Below, piece by piece: positions 1 through 10,374 of a stretch of 64,000 nucleotides of DNA. The notes under the pieces were generated by a model. It was not told the DNA's origin, made no database searches, and saw only the letters and a program-made list of their open reading frames with translations. The position numbers and the translations under genes were made by a program. The DNA comes from Opitutales bacterium. GTDB lineage: Bacteria > Verrucomicrobiota > Verrucomicrobiia > Opitutales > PNEW01. Location of the stretch: contig CBDANS010000007.1 in NCBI GenBank assembly GCA_965197745.1, positions 1,216,001 to 1,280,000 of the forward strand. The letters run 5' to 3'. How positions within the stretch are numbered: the first letter of the stretch is position 1; each line of letters begins with the position of its first letter.

Positions 1-82
1 GTTTTCAAAACGAGAACTAACCTTATCTTTGTTGGGTGCCTGGTTTAGATCAACCGGCAGTTAAAATTTTTAAACCTTAACC

Positions 83-118
83 AAAGCCTGCGAGACGAAT
101 CCGTCTCGCAGGTTTTTT
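83..118 (+). terminator. Rho-independent terminator-like hairpin ending the upstream, out-of-window gene
   Basis: AAAGCCTGCGAGACG-AATC-CGTCTCGCAGGTTTTTT: 11-bp perfect core extendable by a G-U pair, 4-nt loop, T tract. Confidence 0.8.
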
Positions 119-274
119 ATATACGCTCAAAATGCTCCTAAAACCTATAAAGACCTCCCGATCCTCAGGTTCATAACCAAGGGGTAGAGGAAATCCAAAA
201 TAAATTTTAAATAGAACTTTCTAAATTAAAGATCCCTATGTATATATATTTATAATCTTCAAACTTTCCATCAG

Positions 275-1486
275 GTGAAAATGTTTTTTTCTAATTGGAC
301 TCGAGACTTCAGGCTATTGGCAGTAGCCGTTTTCTCCCTGGGGGTCTTTTTCGGCGTGCAGATGACTTTATTTAATAACTTTATCGTTGAACGCATAGGA
401 ATTGAGGCACACGAATTGGGCTACATAGAAGCCATGCGCGAGGTACCTGGGTTGCTGAATGTTATCTTTATTGCCTTAATGGTACGAGTCGTCGCCCCCT
501 TATTGGGAGGGTTCTCGCTTATTATCCTGGGGGTGGGAATTATGGGTTATGCGGTATCGAGCACTGTGGTTTCAATCGCGATATTTTCCGTAGTATGGAG
601 CATCGGCTTTCATGGCTGGATAACACTCCAGCATGCGATGGCCTTGAAATTTTCTCCCGGTTTAGATAAAGGGGTATGGCTGGGGAAGCTCCATAGCGTA
701 AATAGCTTCGCCTGGTTGCTTACCATCGGTATCTGTATGCTGACTTATCGCTATCTTCATTATGATGGGCTGTTTATTATGGCGGGGATTATTACCATCC
801 TCGGTGGCGTGGCCATATTTTTTGCCTCAAAAGATAAGCCGGTAGTCCCCGAGAAAGGATTTGTTTTTAAAAGTCGTTACCGCCTCTATTATATTCTTAA
901 TGTTCTGGATGGCTGCCGCAGGCAGATCTTCATGACTTTTGCCATTTTCGCCCTGGTTAAAGTGCATGGCATGCCAATCACCACGACGATGATCTTAGTT
1001 CTCATAAATAAGATACTCGTCACGCTGGTGGCTCCACTGATGGGCCGTTTAGTTGATAAACATGGAGAGCGATTGATGCTGAGCTTTACTTATTTCGGAT
1101 TGATATTCGTTTTTTTAGGGTACGCCATAGTTGAATTGCGACCTATGCTCTATGTCCTTTTTTGTATTGATAATCTTCTCTTTTTCGAAGGGATAGCTCT
1201 GACAACCTATATTAACAAAATTACACCCACTGAAGAGCTGAAGCCGACACTCTCAATGGGGGTGACGATGAATCATGTAGCCGCAGTCACCGCCCCTTTA
1301 ATTGGTGGTCTGGTCTGGTATTATTTTGGCTATCAGATAATCTTTTTCAGCGGCGCGGTTATCGCCTTGTGCTCATTTCTCGTATCCCAATGGGTTGACC
1401 CCGAAGGTTTATTAAAAGCAGAGGAAGACAGTGATGTCATTGCTCTCGCGGACGGGGTAGTGGTACCCTCTAAAATACCCGGGTAA
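275..1486 (+). CDS. MFS transporter
   Basis: 403 aa with about 12 hydrophobic segments; GRLVDKHGER motif-A-like loop. Confidence 0.85.
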   Translation: MKMFFSNWTRDFRLLAVAVFSLGVFFGVQMTLFNNFIVERIGIEAHELGYIEAMREVPGLLNVIFIALMVRVVAPLLGGFSLIILGVGIMGYAVSSTVVSIAIFSVVWSIGFHGWITLQHAMALKFSPGLDKGVWLGKLHSVNSFAWLLTIGICMLTYRYLHYDGLFIMAGIITILGGVAIFFASKDKPVVPEKGFVFKSRYRLYYILNVLDGCRRQIFMTFAIFALVKVHGMPITTTMILVLINKILVTLVAPLMGRLVDKHGERLMLSFTYFGLIFVFLGYAIVELRPMLYVLFCIDNLLFFEGIALTTYINKITPTEELKPTLSMGVTMNHVAAVTAPLIGGLVWYYFGYQIIFFSGAVIALCSFLVSQWVDPEGLLKAEEDSDVIALADGVVVPSKIPG

Positions 1487-1505
1487 TATAGAGCGAGATA
1501 AAGTC

Positions 1506-2510
1506 CTAAGCGTGGACAAATTTTACGGCGTTATGGTAAAAAAGGTCTTCAATTTCTTTTTGACCGAAACCTTCGAATTTTATGGCGCGCCGCGCGGCAC
1601 GAAGGGTTTCATAGACACTATAAGTAGGACGGGGATCGCAATGAGTTATATTTAGCGGAGCAAGTTCTTTGTCCGTTATTAATTCCCAACCATAACCAAA
1701 ACTGACGATAGTCCCTCGAAGAAGATCGCAGGGAATATCACTGCCAAACATTATACGATCCAGTGGCAAATGGCGGAATGCCAGGGTAAAAACATCACTA
1801 TAGGTAACCGATGAAAAGTCGTACCAAAAATTGGGGACATCCTTAATTTTTTCGATGGAACGTTCGAGTGGCCAGGCAATAGAACTGCGAGCCATGTGCG
1901 CGAGATCCCATTTGATCTTTGGATAGCGATTGGACAATCGTAAGAGGTCATTGACATTATCTTCATCGGCGATGCCAAGCTTCTTTCCCAAATGCATCAT
2001 GATAATCAATTCTTTATCGTTGGCCAACTCAATGAGCGGTTCGGGAATCATATCGGTGATACTGCAGTTGACATCATCCTGCGCCCAGAAACGGTAAGGT
2101 TTAAGCCCCCGGAAACCATAGTGATCAATATCATGGGCGACCTTTTCTACGGAGAAACTGGGATGGACGAGCATGAGAGCGCGTGACTGAGGATCATCAG
2201 CTACCTGGGCCGCGGTGAACGCGTTGTGCTTATCGAAATCTATACGTCGGTAAACCCATCCGAATGCGAGGTAATGAACTTCTCTGCCGGGAAATAATAA
2301 TTCATAGGTTTTATTGAGGGCTTCCTTATCGAGGATCGTAAATGGGCAATTGGCAGTCGGGTTATATTCGGGCGGGTCATCATCCGGTTTTGACAGGCAA
2401 TGGGCATTGTTGAAGAAATGCAGGTGGGCATCAAAGATTTTTCCGGGAAGAAAATCTTCAAGCTCTTCCTCCCATATTCTGCGGTCGAGGTCTGTTTGTT
2501 CAAGAGACAC
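1506..2510 (-). CDS. Amidohydrolase-family (amidohydro_2) metallohydrolase
   Basis: FDAHLH N-terminal HxH, GFRGLKPY, LAHMAR, RIMFGSDIP. Confidence 0.85.
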   Translation of the reverse strand: MSLEQTDLDRRIWEEELEDFLPGKIFDAHLHFFNNAHCLSKPDDDPPEYNPTANCPFTILDKEALNKTYELLFPGREVHYLAFGWVYRRIDFDKHNAFTAAQVADDPQSRALMLVHPSFSVEKVAHDIDHYGFRGLKPYRFWAQDDVNCSITDMIPEPLIELANDKELIIMMHLGKKLGIADEDNVNDLLRLSNRYPKIKWDLAHMARSSIAWPLERSIEKIKDVPNFWYDFSSVTYSDVFTLAFRHLPLDRIMFGSDIPCDLLRGTIVSFGYGWELITDKELAPLNITHCDPRPTYSVYETLRAARRAIKFEGFGQKEIEDLFYHNAVKFVHA

Positions 2511-2543
2511 AGATTTTAGGGAAGAACGCGGTGAAGTAAATTA

Positions 2544-4133
2544 TCATTCAATTGTAATTTCTTCGGTGGTAACAGGTATATTCTGTCCATCCGCGTTTTC
2601 AAAAGTAGCGGCATTACTTTGTGTTGGTTGTGGGGTCCCATCTGATTTAAAATTATTTTGTAAAATCAAAGTACTGAACCCGGGTGTGCTTGACCCACTT
2701 GGCGCGACAACAATGGCATTTCCATTACTCTGAGAAAGATCCCCTCCCGTTATTCTCAACCCCGGATTTGGTGCCTGGACCGTAAATGAACCCTCACCAA
2801 ACAAGAGGTGCGGTAACGAATCTCCACTGGCATCAATGTCACCAACGGTTATCCGCACCGCTATCGGCACTCCCTCCGCGACGACCCCGGTTCTTCCGGT
2901 GTCAGCGGAAAAAACCGTATTCGATAACTGCATGCCGCCTATCCCTGTGGAGTTGGTGACTTCCACGAGGGTTACGTTTGCTTCGGCATTATACACTTCT
3001 CCTTCTGGGAATAATGCCTGATTGACGGCGTTGATCGATCCCACGGTGAAGATACTAAAGAAAGTACTGGAGTCGGCTCCATCAATGAGCACACTGGGAC
3101 GTCCGGTTACATACAATACTTCCTGATTGTATTTCGTCGGAAAAGCGGCGGGGAGAAAAGTCCCCGGGTCGAGCGTTATCGTAAAGCTCCCATTGCCGGA
3201 AAATTCTACCTGGACGATATCCTCATTTTCGTCGAGAAAAGAAACCCGGGTAATCTGGTTAACTTTAGCGCGCAGACTTATATTTTGACCGGTGAGCAGA
3301 ACCTGGTCGAAAATATTTCCACTCGGATGCATGATATCTTCACCTACCACCTCACCGGATCCGCTTAGGACCAAACCTATTTCAACCAGGGCAACATTGT
3401 GATTACCCCCGGCTGCAAGTAAGGAAACATTAGAAACCCCTGAGGGTATATTGAGTTGACCGGAGGAATTGTCCCCCCAGCCCTCGACGGATCCTTCATT
3501 ATCAAGAGCAAGGCTGTGGTTTAACCCGGCAGCAATAGAAGTCACGGCACTGGCGTTAAAGGCAACAGTCAATTCGTCTTTAGCTTTAAAACTGGAGGCG
3601 ACAACCAGCCCGATTTCACCAAATTCCAATTGATTGAATTGATTGTCTCCCCAGGCCGCAACCTGGCTGTCGTCAGTTAAGGCCAGGCTATGATTGCCAC
3701 CTGCGGATACCTTTATGACGTCGGACAATCCAGCTGGCACATCAGTCTGGCCAAAATTATTTCGTCCCCAGGCAATAACTGTGCCGTCACTTTTCAGAGC
3801 TAAATTATGAAATCCACCGGCATCTATAGCTGTAATATCCGAAGGATTTCCCGGGGGCACTGAAGCCTGTCCGTCTGAATTATTACCCCAACCGATAACT
3901 GTTCCATCAGATTTTAAGGCCAGGCTGTGAGTCGATCCAGCGCTTACGGCAATAGCATCGGAAAGTCCGTCGGGTGGTTGTGTCTGCCCGAATTCATTAT
4001 TTCCCCAGCCAACCACGGTGCCATCACTCTTTACTGCGAGGCTGTGATTATGTCCGGCCGCGATGGCTATTACATCAGTAAGATCTCCGGGCACATCGAC
4101 CTGTCCCAAGTTCATCCCTTCCCCAGCCGACAA
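2544..4133 (-). CDS. C-terminal fragment: RCC1-like repeats plus C-terminal domain of unknown function
   Basis: Repeated AxxAGxxHSLALKSDGTVxxWGxN units. Confidence 0.75.
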   Translation of the reverse strand: MSAGEGMNLGQVDVPGDLTDVIAIAAGHNHSLAVKSDGTVVGWGNNEFGQTQPPDGLSDAIAVSAGSTHSLALKSDGTVIGWGNNSDGQASVPPGNPSDITAIDAGGFHNLALKSDGTVIAWGRNNFGQTDVPAGLSDVIKVSAGGNHSLALTDDSQVAAWGDNQFNQLEFGEIGLVVASSFKAKDELTVAFNASAVTSIAAGLNHSLALDNEGSVEGWGDNSSGQLNIPSGVSNVSLLAAGGNHNVALVEIGLVLSGSGEVVGEDIMHPSGNIFDQVLLTGQNISLRAKVNQITRVSFLDENEDIVQVEFSGNGSFTITLDPGTFLPAAFPTKYNQEVLYVTGRPSVLIDGADSSTFFSIFTVGSINAVNQALFPEGEVYNAEANVTLVEVTNSTGIGGMQLSNTVFSADTGRTGVVAEGVPIAVRITVGDIDASGDSLPHLLFGEGSFTVQAPNPGLRITGGDLSQSNGNAIVVAPSGSSTPGFSTLILQNNFKSDGTPQPTQSNAATFENADGQNIPVTTEEITIE

Positions 4134-5657
4134 CCGTTCCGTCAGCCGTCAAGGCGATATTATGATCCAATCCGGCAGAGATAGCAATCACTTCCGGACT
4201 ATCGTCGGTACTGACGGCCTCGGGTAATTCCTGCTGGGCAAAATCATTATTGCCCCATGCTTCAACCTCTATAATTTCATCGATAAATGGAGGTTCATCA
4301 TCAATAATCGGAGGTTCCTCATCCGGCGGCACTTCAATCGGCGTAAAACTGAAATCGTCGATACTCGTTATACTGGTGCCTATAGACGAGAGCAATGCTT
4401 CATTATCGCTTAATTCAATTTTACCAATTCCGCCCGGCGCCCCCAATTCAAGGGAGTTAAATCTAAAGTATATTGGGTTTACTATCTCATCGGGATTAAT
4501 ATTGTCGGGCAACATGGGAACGGAGGTGATGAGGTTGCCCTCAGTATCGAAAACATCAATATTACCATCATCGAGGGCTAAATTAGCTGCGTAAAATTGC
4601 ACATCGCGAGCGGGAGTTTCAAAATTAATGGTTGCGGTGAGTCCATTGGTAATGGACCAGAAATTTTCGGGAGAGTGATATAACTGTGTAAAGGATGTGA
4701 GCCCGCCCACGCTGCCACCAGTAAAAGTGGCGCTCCTGGATGACTCTCCAATGGTAAAGCTCCCGACAAATTGATCGGTTCCATCGGCGAGAATATCTTC
4801 AAAATCTGTAAACACCTCAAGGTTAGGGGGTGGTGGGAGAGGGGTAATATCTTCCAGTAAGACTGGAATTGGCTCTAAACCCCGATTGCTGCTGGTAAGA
4901 ACGACGTCATAGCGAAATGTTTCAGCACTGCCATCAGAAGCTGTATATGTCTCGTCAAAAGTAGATTTTACTATGCCGAGATTACGGGCCAACCATAAAG
5001 TTTCGAGAATGCTGCCATCTTCGGTATAAGACACCCCTTCCTCTACACCAGTCTCACTGTAGTCACGAACAACGACAACCTTGAGCGTTTCATAAATACC
5101 GACCGGTGTATCAACAGTTTCAATCCCTTCGACGAAAACACTGATACTTACCGACCCCTGCGCGGTAAAAGCGACACCAAAATCGATCCCGCTACTAGAA
5201 TAGGCGGCAGTCGAAGAAAAGCTGTCCCCGATATTTATAAATCGAGGAGTAATAAAAAGGGGGCTTCAAATAAGCTGATATCTGATTCATCAGTACCGCC
5301 GTGATCTTCACGGTGGACCGCGAATTCGAATTCATCCTGGCTGTAATAGATACCTCTAAATAAATCCAATATTTCTCCACCAACAGAAACGGTGGAAGTA
5401 GCAAGATCAAAAGCGAGGGTTGTCTCCCGGCCGTTGATAACACCGCCGGGCAGGTTCAGGCGATTTACGTTTAATCCTAACGATATACTGATAGGAGACT
5501 CAGGTGTCGTTACCGAAAATAAACCCTCATAGTTCCATTCGGACCCTATATCGAGGGGGAAAAAGTCAGCGATATCCAGAGGTGGAGCATAAGCCACTCC
5601 ACAAGCGAAGAAGGAAAAAACGCATGCGAAAATCCTGGGCAACTGTTTAAACAACAT
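2544..5657 (-). pseudogene. About 1037-aa secreted multidomain protein (signal peptide, beta-rich domain, RCC1/BLIP-II repeats, C-terminal ~275-aa domain) broken by two compensating frameshifts, or by assembly errors
   Basis: ORF fragments 5235-5657, 4075-5034 (open upstream to about 5260) and 2544-4133 join into one reading frame if one base is added in the C5/T5 run at 5254-5263 and one G is removed at 4105-4107. Confidence 0.7.
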
Positions 5658-5927
5658 TTCTGGATGTAATATCTCTGTATCAATGTTTCATATATAACTT
5701 TGCTCTCCTTAACAATTTAAAACTTAAAAATACTACCTGTCCTGGGTGGGGTTAATACTCCCTGTTTAGCAATTGACTTAGATAAATAGTTACAGGGTGA
5801 AATACCCGATTTAAGTATAAGTTAAATAAGAGGCAAAGTATTATCGAAAGACTACTCCAGACCGCATTTATATTGTCGTAAAAAATGGAGTCACTTGAGT
5901 ATATTATCAATGAGAATAGGTTAATCT

Positions 5928-6332
5928 ATGAAAGGGAATCCTGTAATACTTTTCGATGGGGTTTGTAACCTCTGTAATGGGATCGTAAAATTTATAATAA
6001 AAAATGACCCTGAGTCTTATTTCAGATTTACGCCACTGCAATCACCCACCGGGCAGAGCTTACTTGAAAAACATGGCTTTAATCGCGAAGTTATAGATAC
6101 TTTTGTTCTTATAAATGAAGATACCTGTTTGACGAAAAGCGATGCCGCCTTGTACATCGTTCGGTGTCTCCCCGGACTATTATGGTCTCTCTTAGGAATA
6201 TTTTCTATAATTCCAAAACCCATTCGAAATTGGGGTTATGATATGGTAGTGCGCAATCGTTACCGTTGGTTTGGGAAAAAAGAAGAATGTCTGGTCCCGA
6301 CAAATGATATTCTCAATCGGTTCCTGGATTGA
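5928..6332 (+). CDS. DCC1-like thiol-disulfide oxidoreductase (YuxK/DUF393)
   Basis: ILFDGVCNLC DxxCxxC motif; RNRYRWFG near the C-terminus. Confidence 0.9.
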   Translation: MKGNPVILFDGVCNLCNGIVKFIIKNDPESYFRFTPLQSPTGQSLLEKHGFNREVIDTFVLINEDTCLTKSDAALYIVRCLPGLLWSLLGIFSIIPKPIRNWGYDMVVRNRYRWFGKKEECLVPTNDILNRFLD

Positions 6333-6375
6333 AGCCACTATTCCCTGAATTAATTACGGGAATTTAAATTATGAT

Positions 6376-7695
6376 TTAATAATTCCGTGCGAAGTCAGAA
6401 GTATAGGTGGGATTGTCACCTACTACGCTATTAAGGTCTTCATCGTAATGAAAGTCATAGTCCCCCTGGAAGATTACATCTTCGGCGACAATCGATCCAA
6501 ACATCTCTCCGTCCGCTTGCATAGTTACAACCGCGCGTGGGGCGTATATCGCTCCATAGAAATCCGTGCTTTTTCCAATGTAATAAGAGGGGGTGTAAGA
6601 TCCCGTGTCCGTCGAATAGATGAGAAGGTTGCCTGGATCTCCCAGGTTGCCCGGATCTCCAGAAAAATTTTCAACCTTGCCGTCAGCATGTTGCACGGTG
6701 AAATCATCATTGATATACAGTTTCAATTTCTTGCCATCGGCAATCTTCAGCGTCCCATCGATATGCACATCGTCCTGCACTACAAGGGTCATGTCTTCGG
6801 TGATCGTCAGGGTTTCAAAATCATCGATATACAGGTCTCCCGTGACCAATCGGGCGCTCGCTCCCGCTCCGGGTAAGGTGTCGCTTCCTCCGGGAAAACT
6901 GTAGACACTGGTCACCCCTGGCGGGACCGGCACATCCTGCATGCTCGGTTCGAACCCGTCGGCTATCCGGCTGTCATCGACATTTATCTCTATCGGGGTG
7001 CTCGCTCCGTAGACCTTGCCATTCATCCCGATAGTGTGGGGTGCTACCCAGGTTGATATATAACCGTAGACTTCACCTTTCGCAAACTCCGACGCTATTA
7101 CTTTACCTCCAACCAGGGTGCCGTTGTCGTTGCGGTTGAAGAATGGATCGTAAATGCCCAGGTTCACCGTCGGATCAGAGGTGTAACTGTCAACGGTTAC
7201 GGTCCCCGTGGAGTTGAAGGCGATGTCATCATGAGTGGTGATCCCGTTGGGGAAAACCTTGCGCTGCCTCAGGTCGGAATAAAAACTTTCCTGCACCATC
7301 TCTCCATTGGCTAAGTATAAATAGACGATGCTATAGATGCGGGGTTGATTCGGTGATTGATCGAGGACATAAAGATACATCGTAGCGGTATCGCCGTTGC
7401 CCATATCCAAATTGTATAAAGCCTTTATCGTCCAGGGTGGTGAAAAACTCCAACCCGTCCAATCGTCTTCATTGAGCGCCGAGATGGCTAGCTCCGCACC
7501 AGCGTGCGTTACATTGACAATGTTTCTTCGATTGAAATTTCCTTCCGCGATTTTTAACTCGGTGACTGTCGAGTTTAAAAAACTGGTTGTCACAAATCCA
7601 AATATTCCCGCGATCATTAAGGCAATGAGGAGGACGGATCCACGCTGCGCGGAATCTCTATATTTTAATGGGTTCTGGTTGTGTTGTGACTGCAT
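6376..7695 (-). CDS. PilX-like minor pilin/adhesin with prepilin-type N-terminus
   Basis: QRG/SVLLIALMI prepilin-like cleavage site plus hydrophobic helix; C-terminal FYGAIYAP...GSIVA...FHYDEDL; start ATG 7695 or TTG 7713. Confidence 0.7.
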   Translation of the reverse strand: MQSQHNQNPLKYRDSAQRGSVLLIALMIAGIFGFVTTSFLNSTVTELKIAEGNFNRRNIVNVTHAGAELAISALNEDDWTGWSFSPPWTIKALYNLDMGNGDTATMYLYVLDQSPNQPRIYSIVYLYLANGEMVQESFYSDLRQRKVFPNGITTHDDIAFNSTGTVTVDSYTSDPTVNLGIYDPFFNRNDNGTLVGGKVIASEFAKGEVYGYISTWVAPHTIGMNGKVYGASTPIEINVDDSRIADGFEPSMQDVPVPPGVTSVYSFPGGSDTLPGAGASARLVTGDLYIDDFETLTITEDMTLVVQDDVHIDGTLKIADGKKLKLYINDDFTVQHADGKVENFSGDPGNLGDPGNLLIYSTDTGSYTPSYYIGKSTDFYGAIYAPRAVVTMQADGEMFGSIVAEDVIFQGDYDFHYDEDLNSVVGDNPTYTSDFARNY

Positions 7696-8256
7696 CTTTA
7701 ATTTTCTAAGCAAGAATATTAAAGAGCGTAGGTATTTATAGCAAGAAAAATAGGTTAATTTACCTATAAATAATATGTAAAAAATGTTTATCGCCCCTTA
7801 ATACCCCTCATTAATTCCCAACATAAAAACACCCTCCCTCTTGCAGTACGTAAGCTATTGATTAATAAAATATTGTACTATCAGAATGGCTGCATAATGG
7901 GGTCGATATATGGCTAAAATTGAGAAATTATTATCAAATTTTACTACAATAAAGACCCCAGAAACCTATCTATTTGCAAAATAATTGTAAAAAAAGTAAA
8001 ATTCGAAGGGATAAAGGAGAATAAAAAGAGTGAAAATCCGATGAATGAGACTGTATTTTTTACTTCGAGTACAATTAATTATTATTAGAATTAGACCTTA
8101 GAAAAAGGGGGTGAAGAAAGGTAGAAAAAGCAGCCATTAAACAAAGATAAAAGCGATGATGAAACGGGGATCATTTCACAAAGATGATTACATGCTAGCA
8201 AGATCAGGAGAAATTCTACTAGATAGAAAACGAAAGCGAATAGTTGAAACGATACC

Positions 8257-8808
8257 ATGAATAAAAATTTAAAAAAGTATTCTGAATTTTTTAAAGAAGA
8301 AGGGGCGAATGATATCGAACACAGTAAGATTACATACTTCGCCCATGCGATGGGAGTATACCGTGATTTAAAATCTTGGGGATGCGATGAGGATCTTTGC
8401 TTGATGGGAATTTTTCATTCAATATACGGGACAGAATTATTTCAGGGCTTCACCTTACCCCTGAAACGCCGCAGTGAAATTCGTTCATTTATAGGTGAGC
8501 GCGCGGAGCGGCTTGCCTACTTCAATTGTGCGCTTACCTATAAATCCCTTGATGAAAATTTTAATGGTTCTGAAATCAGCTACAAACTGTTTGACCGTTT
8601 TAAAGATAAGGATATGGAAATTACACGAGATGACTTTGATGATGTGTGCCGCGTTCATCTGTGTGATCGGCTGGAACAGGCGGGTCGATCAATGGATTGG
8701 GATTGGCGTCGTGAAAGTTTTCAAGGGATGGCCGAATACCTGGGAGGAATTGCCAGGGAAACATTTGATCGTGTATATATGAAAAAAAAGGAGAAAAACC
8801 ATGAGTAA
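8257..8808 (+). CDS. DUF6817-like (HD-related) hypothetical protein
   Basis: H-x-MG...LKSWG...C-x-MGIFHSIYGTE motif. Confidence 0.65.
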   Translation: MNKNLKKYSEFFKEEGANDIEHSKITYFAHAMGVYRDLKSWGCDEDLCLMGIFHSIYGTELFQGFTLPLKRRSEIRSFIGERAERLAYFNCALTYKSLDENFNGSEISYKLFDRFKDKDMEITRDDFDDVCRVHLCDRLEQAGRSMDWDWRRESFQGMAEYLGGIARETFDRVYMKKKEKNHE

Positions 8809-9241
8809 AGTGTTTACGAGTTCAGTAATTCCTGCGCCGATTGGTAAAGTGTGGGCCAGGATCAGAGACTTTAATGCCTTGCCGGACTGGCACCCTGCAG
8901 TTGCGGACAGTAAAATCGAAGACGATAAACCCAGTGATTTTATTGGATGTATTCGAAATTTTAATCTTAAAAACGATGGAGGTAATATTCGTGAAAGGCT
9001 TCTTGCCTTGGATGACAACGAATATTATTGCACCTACTGCATTTTGGAATCACCGATGAATGTGGAAATTTATGTAGCGACCATGAGCCTGCTCCCGATA
9101 ACCGATGGAAATAGAACTTATGCTGAATGGACAGCTGATTTTGAATGTGATCCCAAAGAAGAATCCGAGCTTGTGGATTTTATCAGTAACAGTGTTTTCC
9201 AAGGGGGCTTTAGCGCCTTGAATGACTTATTCACTGGGTGA
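8801..9241 (+). CDS. SRPBCC / polyketide cyclase-dehydrase family protein
   Basis: VWARIRDFNALPDWHP, ERLLALD; overlaps the upstream gene by 8 nt. Confidence 0.85.
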   Translation: MSKVFTSSVIPAPIGKVWARIRDFNALPDWHPAVADSKIEDDKPSDFIGCIRNFNLKNDGGNIRERLLALDDNEYYCTYCILESPMNVEIYVATMSLLPITDGNRTYAEWTADFECDPKEESELVDFISNSVFQGGFSALNDLFTG

Positions 9242-9365
9242 AATAAAGTTCATTGAACAGAGGATTAGGGCGATCATTAGTGATTTATAATCCTGCAATT
9301 GAGGGGTGAGTAATTTATATAATTCGGCTCATTGCATCATCTGAAATTATATTTTAAGAGGGATA

Positions 9366-10361
9366 ATGAGCATGGATAAAGTTCGTTGGGGTGTTCTTAG
9401 CACGGCAAAAATAGGAACAGGGAAAGTCATTCCGGCAATGCAGGACAGTGCCTGCTGTGCTATTACCGCCATTGCATCCCGCCAGCTTGATAAAGCCCGG
9501 GACATAGCAAAAGAATTAGGAATAGCCAAAGCATACGGTTCCTATGATGAACTATTAGCGGATCCGGATATCGATGCTATTTATAATCCACTCCCTAATC
9601 ATCTTCATGTTCCCTGGTCTCTAAAAGTGTTAGAAAAGGGAAAGCATTTATTGTGTGAGAAACCCATTGCCCTGTCATCGAAGGAGGGAGAGCGACTGGT
9701 TATCGCGGCAAGAGAGAAACCGCAGCTGAAAGTAATGGAAGCGTTTATGTATCGGCACCATCCCCACTGGCAGCATGCACGCAAATTGATAAATGAAGGT
9801 AAGATTGGAGAATTGAAAACGATACATTCTCTCTTTTCTTTTTATAACCGGGATCCTGATAACATTCGCAATATCGCCGAATACGGAGGTGGCGGGCTAA
9901 TGGATATTGGCTGTTATAATATTTCATTATCGAGGTTTATATTTGGCAGTGAACCCAAACGTATTTGCAGTATCATGGAAGTTGATCCACAATTTAAAGT
10001 TGATCGTTTAGTTTCGGGGGTTTTAGATTTTGGGAATGGTCATTCCAGTTTTACCTGTTCCACGCAGATTTCACGATTTCAAAGGGTTAATATTTTCGGC
10101 ACTGAAGGTCGTATTGAGCTTGAACATATAAATTACCCGGGAGATCAGCCCGCCAGGTTGTGGCTTGAAAGAGGAGATGATGTTACCGAATTCACCATTC
10201 CCCCCTGTAATCATTACAAAATCCAGGGTGAGTTATTTTCACAGGCGATACTCAACAATACCGAAGTTCCCACCCCAATTGAAGATGCCGTAGCCAACAT
10301 GAAGGTCTTAGAAGCCGTTGTGCAAAGCGCAAAGAGTAGCACCTGGGTAATGATGGATTGA
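9366..10361 (+). CDS. Gfo/Idh/MocA family oxidoreductase
   Basis: WGVLSTAKIG, LCEKP, GGGLMDIGCY. Confidence 0.9.
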   Translation: MSMDKVRWGVLSTAKIGTGKVIPAMQDSACCAITAIASRQLDKARDIAKELGIAKAYGSYDELLADPDIDAIYNPLPNHLHVPWSLKVLEKGKHLLCEKPIALSSKEGERLVIAAREKPQLKVMEAFMYRHHPHWQHARKLINEGKIGELKTIHSLFSFYNRDPDNIRNIAEYGGGGLMDIGCYNISLSRFIFGSEPKRICSIMEVDPQFKVDRLVSGVLDFGNGHSSFTCSTQISRFQRVNIFGTEGRIELEHINYPGDQPARLWLERGDDVTEFTIPPCNHYKIQGELFSQAILNNTEVPTPIEDAVANMKVLEAVVQSAKSSTWVMMD

Positions 10362-10374
10362 TCGTCGCTTTAAA

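Noticed and set aside
4075..5443. Programmed ribosomal frameshifting, or independent genes at 5195-5443 and 4075-5034
   Set aside because: There is no convincing slippery site with downstream structure, and two opposite shifts would be needed. The 5195-5443 ORF is an off-frame shadow.
7714..8256. Replication origin or hidden RNA gene in the AT-rich gap
   Set aside because: I saw no DnaA-box cluster or tRNA-like fold; it is consistent with a divergent promoter region.
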